Shown one piece after another: positions 38,865-44,491 of a stretch of DNA of 64,000 nt (within the stretch, counting starts at the first letter, position 1; each line of letters starts with the position of its first letter). Location: contig CP066690.1 in assembly GCA_016432465.1 (NCBI GenBank), positions 398,823 to 462,822 of the forward strand, written 5' to 3'. A program made the position numbers and the translations under genes. This DNA comes from Candidatus Sungiibacteriota bacterium. Its GTDB lineage: Bacteria; Patescibacteriota; Minisyncoccia; Sungbacterales; HO2-52-23. Below the pieces are notes generated by a model that saw only the letters and a list, made by a program, of their open reading frames with translations, was not told the DNA's origin and did not search any database.

Positions 38865-39571
38865 TAGCAACTAATCTTGGTTATATCCTCCTTACTTTTA
38901 TCCCTCCGGTATTGTGGCTTTTGTTTTATTTGCGCGAAGACAGACACCCGGAACCAAAAGTTTTGTTAATAATTACTTTCTTGGGGGGCATTGCTGCGGC
39001 CCTTTTGGCGGCGGTGGTGGAAATTTTTCTCGTTGGCAAGGGTGGGGCCGTATCTTCTTTCATCACCTTGGAAAAAAACGCTCTTTTGTTCTTTTTGATA
39101 ATCGCCTTGGTGGAAGAATATATAAAATATCTTCCGGTAAAGCTGCTGATAACGAAGCGGCCAGACTTTGACGAACCGATAGATGCTATGATTTATATGA
39201 TGACGGCCGCCCTTGGTTTTGCGGCCATAGAAAATTCGCTTTTTATTATGCCGCTTTTCCGGGAGGGTATTTTTGCGGGACTCGAGGTGGCAGCTAACCG
39301 GTTTCTGGGCGCCAATCTCTTACACGCACTCTCCTCGGGAATAGTGGGATTCTTTTTGGCCCGCGCTTTTTTCTCGCCGCGCCATCACCATTTTGTTGCT
39401 CTGGGAGTCATAGTAGCTTCCATCTTGCATGCACTTTTTAACTATCTTATACTGGTAAGAGAACTATTGCCGCAGAGTACATTTTACATTATTCTTCTTC
39501 TTTCTATAATGGCGGTAATGGTGTTTATTGATTTTGAAAGATTAAAAAATAATCCAAAGACTAAAGACTAA
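38852..39571 (+). CDS. PrsW-like intramembrane protease family membrane protein
   Basis: Polytopic protein with ALVEEYIKYLP (EExxK) and FNYLIL motifs. Confidence 0.45.
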   Translation: MAAVIATNLGYILLTFIPPVLWLLFYLREDRHPEPKVLLIITFLGGIAAALLAAVVEIFLVGKGGAVSSFITLEKNALLFFLIIALVEEYIKYLPVKLLITKRPDFDEPIDAMIYMMTAALGFAAIENSLFIMPLFREGIFAGLEVAANRFLGANLLHALSSGIVGFFLARAFFSPRHHHFVALGVIVASILHALFNYLILVRELLPQSTFYIILLLSIMAVMVFIDFERLKNNPKTKD

Positions 39572-39615
39572 AGACAAAAACATCTGTCTTTCGTCCTTCG
39601 CCTTTCGGCGTTTTT

Positions 39616-40137
39616 ATGTCTACTTTTTTTGAAAAACTAACAGGCTCAAGGCAGCCTTTGGCGTCGCCAACTGACGAGATTGTGCCGTTGGAAGAAAAAA
39701 GGCAATCTAACAAAAAGCTGTCAATGCCCAAAGAAGAAATACCACGCGCCCATTTAAAGATTGAGTTGGAGGATAACCACCCGACGACGGATGAGCTACA
39801 GGAAGAGGAGGGCGAACTTACGGTTGATATTTACGATCGCGGCGATTCTGTTATCATTCAGTCTACGGTGGCCGGAGTAAGGCCGGAGGATCTAGACGTT
39901 TCCTTGACCAACGACACCGTTACCATCAGGGGTAGAAGGGAAAAAACCGAAGAGGTGGACGAGCCTAATTATTACTACAAGGAACTTTTTTGGGGAACAT
40001 TTTCACGCTCCGTAATTTTACCGGAGGAGATAGAAGAAGATATGGCGGAGGCATCCTTAAAACACGGCCTTCTCACTATAAGAATGCCTAAACGCCGCAA
40101 GGGGGTGGTACAAAAACTAAAGGTGAAAACTGTATAG
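39616..40137 (+). CDS. Hsp20/alpha-crystallin small heat-shock protein
   Basis: The ACD core TVDIYDRGDSVIIQSTVAGVRPEDLDVSL...LPEEIEEDMAEASLKHGLLTIRMPK. Confidence 0.8.
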   Translation: MSTFFEKLTGSRQPLASPTDEIVPLEEKRQSNKKLSMPKEEIPRAHLKIELEDNHPTTDELQEEEGELTVDIYDRGDSVIIQSTVAGVRPEDLDVSLTNDTVTIRGRREKTEEVDEPNYYYKELFWGTFSRSVILPEEIEEDMAEASLKHGLLTIRMPKRRKGVVQKLKVKTV

Positions 40138-40155
40138 ATATAACAATAACTAAAT

Positions 40156-40185
40156 CGCCAAGTCTGACTTGGTGGTTTTTTATTA
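40156..40185 (+). terminator. Rho-independent terminator built on the CCAAGTCTGACTTGG palindrome
   Basis: cgccaagtctgacttggtgg followed by ttttttatt, directly after hsp20. Confidence 0.65.
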
Positions 40186-40758
40186 CTGTTTCTTTTCTAT
40201 TTTACATACAACCGATTCGTCTGTATTTTTTGATGGCAGAACAAACTCCAAAACTCTTTCTATTATTTTTTCTCTTATTGGTATATCAAAATTGGCATTT
40301 TCAAGTTCTTTTACGATACTCTCGGATTTTTTTATGAGCTCATCCGGCACCGTATTTGTTTTCTGTCCGGCGACACTTAATATCCCCTGATTTTTTGGGG
40401 GGTTTATTTTTTTTGACGATACAGTGACGGTTTTTATTTCCTCAATGTTTTTCTTCAATTCTCCTATTAGTACCGCGCGTCTTTCTTTGGGGTCTTCCGG
40501 CAAGATCGCGTCCTCTACAAATTGTCTTATCTCCTGCCGGTCTCTGCGGCCGGCAATTCCAATGAAAGCCATTGCTTTTTCGCGAAAATCTGCGGGTAAG
40601 GAATACCAACCGATCGCAATAAAAACTAAAATAGCTAAAATAGTAACAAAAAATTTCATAACATGTCTTCTATTTAAAAATTCTAACAGCCCCGAAAGCC
40701 TCCTGCAAATCGACACACCCCCACACTCATACATGGGTGTGGGGCGGTATCTGCCCAC
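40183..40758 (-). CDS. Hypothetical membrane-anchored protein
   Basis: 191 aa with an N-terminal TM helix FFVTILAILVFIAIGWY. Confidence 0.4.
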   Translation of the reverse strand: MGRYRPTPMYECGGVSICRRLSGLLEFLNRRHVMKFFVTILAILVFIAIGWYSLPADFREKAMAFIGIAGRRDRQEIRQFVEDAILPEDPKERRAVLIGELKKNIEEIKTVTVSSKKINPPKNQGILSVAGQKTNTVPDELIKKSESIVKELENANFDIPIREKIIERVLEFVLPSKNTDESVVCKIEKKQ

Positions 40759-40959
40759 GAGCCCGAAAAGAGTCGAAGTCTCTCTTCCCGAAGGAAGTAA
40801 GACTTCGGCGTAATTTTTCAGAATGGTGAGTAGCTGTGTGGGGTGAGGGGTTTACTTCTTAAAAAAATTATGTTAGAATAGAGGTTACTCATCTGAAACC
40901 ACAACCTATAGCCCAGAGAGTTATAGTAGTACTTAAAGCCCTTTTACACCAAAAAATGA

Positions 40960-40989
40960 ATCCCCCCACCTTCCGGTTGGTGGGGGGAT
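40960..40989. repeat. Stand-alone hairpin with the tcccccacc/ggtggggga inverted-repeat ends
   Basis: atccccccacc-ttccggtt-ggtggggggat lies immediately upstream of the tRNA array. Confidence 0.6.
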
Positions 40990-40997
40990 GAACCTGC

Positions 40998-41072
40998 TGG
41001 GGGATCTGCTAATTGGCAGGCGACTGGACTTTGGATCCAGAGATGAAGGTTCGAATCCTTCTCCCCCAGCCA
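40998..41072 (+). tRNA. tRNA-Gln(TTG)
   Basis: Acceptor tggggga/tccccca with discriminator g and CCA. The anticodon arm is ctgga-cttTGga-tccag and the T arm is gaaggttcgaatccttc. Confidence 0.7.
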
Positions 41073-41111
41073 AGTCTGACTTGGCCCAGCCAACCTCTGA
41101 CAAAATCCTGC

Positions 41112-41187
41112 TGCAGGGTCGGATAACTGGCAATCCAACGGACTGTTAATCCGTACGATGAGGGTTCGAATCCCTCCCCTGCAGCCA
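41112..41187 (+). tRNA. tRNA-Asn(GTT)
   Basis: Acceptor tgcaggg/ccctgca, anticodon arm acgga-ctGTTaa-tccgt, T arm gagggttcgaatccctc, CCA encoded. Confidence 0.75.
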
Positions 41188-41215
41188 ATCCTACTAATAG
41201 ATAGGGGATTCGAGT

Positions 41216-41291
41216 TGGGAGGTCGTCTAACTGGTAGGACGCCGGGCCCTGAACTCGGAAACCGAAGGTTCGAACCCTTCCCTCCCAACCA
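41216..41291 (+). tRNA. tRNA-Gln(CTG), with an atypical anticodon loop
   Basis: Acceptor tgggagg/cctccca, anticodon arm ccggg-ccCTGaa-ctcgg, T arm gaaggttcgaacccttc, CCA encoded. Confidence 0.55.
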
Positions 41292-41345
41292 AGCTAATCT
41301 TGGCCAACCAATTTGCTTTGCGTAACCTGCTTGACCATTATCTGT

Positions 41346-41419
41346 TGCGGGGAGAGCTGGCGCTCCCACCGGTCTCATAAGCCGAGTGGCGTGCGGTTCA
41401 ATTCCGCCCTCCGCAACCA
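41346..41419 (+). tRNA. tRNA, anticodon CAT (Met/Ile2), with a short D arm
   Basis: Acceptor tgcgggg/ctccgca, loop ctCATaa, T arm tgcggttcaattccgcc, CCA encoded. Confidence 0.6.
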
Positions 41420-41429
41420 AACTCCATGT

Positions 41430-41507
41430 CAGGGTGTCGCCCAGTCCGGCCAGGGCGCTTGGCTTGGGACCAAGAGGTCGTAGGTTCAAATCCTACCACC
41501 CTGACCA
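41430..41507 (+). tRNA. tRNA-Pro(TGG)
   Basis: Acceptor cagggtg/caccctg, D stem gccc/gggc, anticodon arm cttgg-ctTGGga-ccaag, T arm gtaggttcaaatcctac, CCA. Confidence 0.75.
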
Positions 41508-41540
41508 ACTCTTTTTTGATAAATCAGGACGCGTTTCAGT

Positions 41541-41616
41541 GGGGCCGTAGCTCAGTTGGGAGAGCGCCTGACCTGCAATCAGGGGGTCGTCGGTTCAAGT
41601 CCGACCGGTTCCACCA
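41541..41616 (+). tRNA. tRNA-Ala(TGC)
   Basis: Acceptor ggggccg/cggttcc with the G3:U70 pair, anticodon arm cctga-ccTGCaa-tcagg, T arm gtcggttcaagtccgac, CCA. Confidence 0.8.
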
Positions 41617-41643
41617 AAAACTTTTGGATGCAGTTCAAACGGG

Positions 41644-41720
41644 GCGGGTGTGGCCGAATGGCTAAGGCGCCAGCCTTCCAAGTTGGTTTTTTGTGGGTTC
41701 GAGTCCCACCACCCGCTCCA
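41644..41720 (+). tRNA. tRNA-Trp(CCA)
   Basis: Acceptor gcgggtg/cacccgc, anticodon arm ccagc-ctTCCAa-gttgg, T arm gtgggttcgagtcccac, CCA. Confidence 0.7.
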
Positions 41721-41863
41721 AATTTGATAAGAGGGACTCGAAGGGTATTTTAAAAAGCAAATGTTTTTGCTTTTTAAAAACCCAGGCTCCGAAGGAGCGC
41801 GGAGCCTCCGACAGAAGTCGGAGTGCGAAGCGCGAGTGAGGAGGAGTCCCACCACCCGCTCCA
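41721..41863 (+). repeat. tRNA-associated structured repeat element (copy 1) with a 20-nt duplication of the tRNA-Trp 3' end
   Basis: Core gggactcgaagggtatttt + hairpin aaaaagcaaatgtttttgcttttt + aaaaccc + ggctccgaaggagcgcggagcc + tccgacagaagtcggag + tgcgaagcgcgagtgaggagg. Then gagtcccaccacccgctcca, identical to 41701-41720. Confidence 0.7.
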
Positions 41864-41893
41864 AGACTTTTCTTCCCAGAGTCGAATATCGGT

Positions 41894-41968
41894 GGTGACC
41901 TTGGCCGAGAGACGAGGCATCGGACTGTGGCTCCGAGCACGTGGGTTTGAATCCCATAGGTCACCCCA
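41894..41968 (+). tRNA. tRNA-His(GTG) with encoded G-1
   Basis: g-gtgacct...aggtcac-c-cca; anticodon arm tcgga-ctGTGgc-tccga; T arm gtgggtttgaatcccat. Confidence 0.75.
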
Positions 41969-41980
41969 ACCCCTTCTGGT

Positions 41981-42056
41981 GTGGCTGTCGCCGAAATGGA
42001 CAGGCGCCAGATTGCAAATCTGGTCTATGCGGGTTCGAATCCCGTCAGCCACTCCA
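41981..42056 (+). tRNA. tRNA-Cys(GCA)
   Basis: Acceptor gtggctg/cagccac, anticodon arm ccaga-ttGCAaa-tctgg, T arm gcgggttcgaatcccgt, CCA. Confidence 0.75.
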
Positions 42057-42086
42057 AATCTGATCAACCAAACCACTTGAATCCGG

Positions 42087-42162
42087 GCCACGGTAGCTCA
42101 GACGGTAGAGCGCTGGTCTGAAGAACCGGAGGTCGCTAGCTCGAAACTAGCCCGTGGCACCA
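42087..42162 (+). tRNA. tRNA-Phe(GAA)
   Basis: Acceptor gccacgg/ccgtggc, D arm gctcagacggtagagc, anticodon arm ctggt-ctGAAga-accgg, T arm gctagctcgaaactagc, CCA. Confidence 0.8.
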
Positions 42163-42173
42163 AGATTCCCTGC

Positions 42174-42252
42174 GGTGGCGTAGCTTAGCCAGGCCTAAAG
42201 CGCCGGCCCGTCAAGCCGGAGGTCACGGGTTCGAATCCCGTCGCCATCGCCA
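42174..42252 (+). tRNA. tRNA-Asp(GTC)
   Basis: Acceptor ggtggcg/cgccatc, anticodon arm ccggc-ccGTCaa-gccgg, T arm acgggttcgaatcccgt, disc g, CCA. Confidence 0.7.
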
Positions 42253-42284
42253 AGTCTGACTTGGCCATCGCCAAATCGTTGAGT

Positions 42285-42359
42285 GGGCGGTTAGCTCAGC
42301 GGAAGAGCATCTCGTTTACACCGAGGGGGTCGTAGGTTCAAATCCTACACCGCCCACCA
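42285..42359 (+). tRNA. tRNA-Val(TAC)
   Basis: Acceptor gggcggt/accgccc, D arm gctcagcggaagagc, anticodon arm tctcg-ttTACac-cgagg, T arm gtaggttcaaatcctac, CCA. Confidence 0.75.
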
Positions 42360-42412
42360 AGTCTGACTTGGCCCGCCAAACAACACACTAAAATTAATAA
42401 CGGTAGGACAGC

Positions 42413-42499
42413 GGGTCGGAGCGGTGATGGGTGACACCAGCGGACTCCAAATCCGTCGACCAAATGGTCTTGGGGGTTCGAATCCTCCCCGGCCCGCCA
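42413..42499 (+). tRNA. Class II (long variable arm) tRNA with anticodon CCA; its body is near-identical to tRNA-Tyr
   Basis: Acceptor gggtcgg/ccggccc. Its D arm gagcggtgatgggtgacaccagc is identical to the Tyr tRNA at 42637. The anticodon arm is gcgga-ctCCAaa-tccgt. Long variable arm, T arm gggggttcgaatcctcc, CCA. Confidence 0.5.
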
Positions 42500-42535
42500 A
42501 GTCTGACTTGGCCCGCCAACCCAAAAAAATCCAGT

Positions 42536-42612
42536 GTGCCGTTAACTCAGCCCGGTAGAGTTCCAGACTCTTAATCTGGGAGCCAGAGGTTCGAATCCTC
42601 TACGGCACACCA
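42536..42612 (+). tRNA. tRNA-Lys(CTT)
   Basis: Acceptor gtgccgt/acggcac, anticodon arm ccaga-ctCTTaa-tctgg, T arm agaggttcgaatcctct, CCA. Confidence 0.75.
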
Positions 42613-42636
42613 AGTCTAAACCGAAATATCAGAGGT

Positions 42637-42724
42637 GGGTGGGAGCGGTGATGGGTGACACCAGCGGACTGTAACTCCGTGGGACCAAAAATCCTTGTAG
42701 GTTCAAATCCTACCCCACCCACCA
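42637..42724 (+). tRNA. tRNA-Tyr(GTA), class II
   Basis: Acceptor gggtggg/cccaccc, anticodon arm gcgga-ctGTAac-tccgt, long variable arm, T arm gtaggttcaaatcctac, CCA. Confidence 0.75.
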
Positions 42725-42748
42725 AACCCAAACAATAGAAACTCTTGT

Positions 42749-42831
42749 GCCGGGGTGGTGGAATTGGTAGACACTGCGGACTTAGGATCCGCTGGGCAAC
42801 CGTGCAGGTTCGAGTCCTGTCCCCGGCACCA
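42749..42831 (+). tRNA. tRNA-Leu(TAG), class II
   Basis: Acceptor gccgggg/ccccggc, anticodon arm gcgga-ctTAGga-tccgc, long variable arm, T arm gcaggttcgagtcctgt, CCA. Confidence 0.75.
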
Positions 42832-42842
42832 GATTTCCAAGT

Positions 42843-43070
42843 CGCGGGATGGCGGAACTTGGCAGACGCTCCAGATCGAGGGTCTGGTGGGAAACCGTGA
42901 GGGTTAAAATCCCGTCGCCATCGCCAAGTCTGACCAAACGGGATTTGAAGGGTATTTCAAAACATGAATGTCTTCATGTTTTGAAAACCCGGGTTCCGAA
43001 GGAGCGCGGAGCCTCCGACAGAAGTCGGAGTGCGAAGCGCGGGTGAGGAAAAATCCCTCTCCCGCGACCA
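42843..43070 (+). tRNA. tRNA-Leu(GAG)-like class II gene interrupted within its T loop by a 144-nt insertion
   Basis: The 5' part (42843-42913) has acceptor cgcggga, anticodon arm ccaga-tcGAGgg-tctgg and T stem/loop gagggttaaaatccc. The matching 3' part, aaaatccctc-tcccgcg-a-cca, is at 43050-43070. Confidence 0.5.
42914..43057 (+). repeat. tRNA-associated structured repeat element (copy 2) inserted in a tRNA T loop, carrying a tRNA-Asp-like 3' fragment
   Basis: gtcgccatcgccaagtctgacc resembles the tRNA-Asp 3' end plus the palindrome. Then the core ggatttgaagggtatttcaaaacatgaatgtcttcatgttttgaaaacccgggttccgaaggagcgcggagcctccgacagaagtcggagtgcgaagcgcgggtgagga; flanked by duplicated aaaatccc. Confidence 0.65.
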
Positions 43071-43097
43071 CACAAATAATTGTGACCAGCAGACAGA

Positions 43098-43175
43098 GCA
43101 CCCGTAGCTCAATCGGACTAGAGCGTCTGCCCTGTAAGCAGAGGGTTGTCAGTTCAAATCTGACCGGGTGCTCCA
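43098..43175 (+). tRNA. tRNA-Thr(TGT)
   Basis: Acceptor gcacccg/cgggtgc, anticodon arm tctgc-ccTGTaa-gcaga, T arm gtcagttcaaatctgac, CCA. Confidence 0.7.
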
Positions 43176-43219
43176 CCAAGCTCAGCTTGGTCCATCAATC
43201 CAGAGCTTGATATTCCGGT

Positions 43220-43306
43220 GGTGGGATGGCTGAGTCTGGCTTAAGGCAGCGGTTTGCTAAACCGTGGGCGAAAGCCTCGAGGGTTCAAATCCTTCTCCCA
43301 CCGCCA
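43220..43306 (+). tRNA. tRNA-Ser(GCT), class II
   Basis: Acceptor ggtggga/tcccacc, anticodon arm gcggt-ttGCTaa-accgt, long variable arm, T arm gagggttcaaatccttc, CCA. Confidence 0.7.
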
Positions 43307-43372
43307 AGTCTAACTTGGCTGGGGCCAAGTCTGATTTGATCACCAAAAACGAATTTCTTTTTGAAAATCAGG

Positions 43373-43448
43373 GCGCCCATAGCTCAGCGAATAGAGCGCC
43401 CCGCTACGGACGGGGAGGTCGCGGGTTTAAATCCTGCTGGGCGCTCCA
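43373..43448 (+). tRNA. tRNA-Arg(ACG)
   Basis: Acceptor gcgccca/tgggcgc, anticodon arm ccccg-ctACGga-cgggg, T arm gcgggtttaaatcctgc, CCA. Confidence 0.75.
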
Positions 43449-43458
43449 AATGCTCGGT

Positions 43459-43536
43459 GCCCGAGTAGCCCAACTGGCAGAGGCAGCGGACTTAAAATCC
43501 GAAAAGTGGTGGGTTCGAATCCCCCCTCGGGCACCA
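43459..43536 (+). tRNA. tRNA with anticodon TAA (Leu-like acceptor and T arm) but no long variable arm
   Basis: Acceptor gcccgag/ctcgggc with disc a and CCA; anticodon arm gcgga-ctTAAaa-tccga; variable region only about 5 nt; 78 nt total. Confidence 0.45.
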
Positions 43537-43549
43537 AATACTACAAAAT

Positions 43550-43680
43550 GGGATTCGAAGGGTATTTCAAAACATGAATGTCTTCATGTTTTGAAAACCC
43601 GGGCTCCGAAGGAGCGCGGAGCCTCCGACAGAAGTCGGAGTGCAAAGCGCGGGTGAGGAGGAATCCCCCCTCGGGCACCA
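43550..43680 (+). repeat. tRNA-associated structured repeat element (copy 3) with a 20-nt duplication of the upstream tRNA 3' end
   Basis: The core matches copy 2 almost exactly (ggattcgaagggtatttcaaaacatgaatgtcttcatgttttgaaaacccgggctccgaagg...gcgggtgaggagg). It is followed by gaatcccccctcgggcacca, which is identical to 43517-43536. Confidence 0.7.
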
Positions 43681-43702
43681 AAAGCGTCAAAGGAAACGCG
43701 GT

Positions 43703-43778
43703 GCAGGGATAGCTCAGTTGGTAGAGCACTGGACCGATAATCCAGAGGTCGATGGTTCGAACCCATCTCCCTGTACCA
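43703..43778 (+). tRNA. tRNA-Ile(GAT)
   Basis: Acceptor gcaggga/tccctgt, anticodon arm ctgga-ccGATaa-tccag, T arm gatggttcgaacccatc, CCA. Confidence 0.7.
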
Positions 43779-43817
43779 ACCAAAGTTCTTTTTAAAAACA
43801 ACCAAAATCTGACGTGG

Positions 43818-43896
43818 GGGCCCGTAGCTCAGCCAGGACCAGAGCAGGGGACTTCTAATCCTCTGGCCGGAGGTTCAAATCCTCCCGGGCCTACCA
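43818..43896 (+). tRNA. tRNA-Arg(TCT)
   Basis: Acceptor gggcccg/cgggcct, anticodon arm gggga-ctTCTaa-tcctc, T arm ggaggttcaaatcctcc, CCA. Confidence 0.7.
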
Positions 43897-43914
43897 ATCC
43901 CCACAAACCAAAAC

Positions 43915-43950
43915 GGGCATGTCATAAAGACATGCCTTTTGTGTTTTTTG
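43915..43950 (+). terminator. Rho-independent terminator closing the tRNA array
   Basis: ggcatgtc-ataaa-gacatgcc followed by ttttgtgtttttt. Confidence 0.75.
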
Positions 43951-44106
43951 GGGGGGACAAAATAAAAAAAGGCATCGGTTGGTGTCGCAGACATTCCAGC
44001 CGCAGATATCATGGTGGGGTTTACGCGGATCAACCCTACTTTATTTTCATCACTTAGATTGCTCTGCGAACTTTTGTGAGGCGACTCTATGATTCACTAA
44101 CTTGAA

Positions 44107-44340
44107 TTAGTTCTTTATATCTTTGTGAACACGCTTAATCATGTTTTCTATCGTTTTGTTCAACCCGCCACTTTCAACAGCAAGTTCCCGTAAAATGTCG
44201 GCCTGATTAGCTGTATCATTCACTCCTAAAAGTTGGTTTAACAACCCAGAGACCCTTTTTTGTCTTTCTTGTGCTAATTCGGTCATGAAATTCAAATCTT
44301 CTTTTCTTTCAGATTCTTTATTTGTTGGCTGTTGCTCCAT
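44107..44340 (-). CDS. Hypothetical small protein
   Basis: 77-aa ORF. Confidence 0.35.
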   Translation of the reverse strand: MEQQPTNKESERKEDLNFMTELAQERQKRVSGLLNQLLGVNDTANQADILRELAVESGGLNKTIENMIKRVHKDIKN

Positions 44341-44491
44341 ACTATTCTGTTTATAGATTTATTTGATTTTAGACCTTTAATTAGGAAGGCCCTTATACTA
44401 AATCATAGTCAATAGCATTTATTTCTCTTGGTGGAGAATGTCTGGACAAGCGGCAAACTTTTGTACGCAGACTGTATGGAGTGATGATAAG

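Noticed and set aside
40944-43805. Many ORFs of 60-180 aa on both strands across the tRNA array, for example 40944..41489(-), 41595..41957(-), 43264..43656(+) and 43541..43801(-)
   Set aside because: They overlap clear tRNA cloverleafs and repeat elements. Their protein sequences are low-complexity read-through of structured RNA, so they are not genes.
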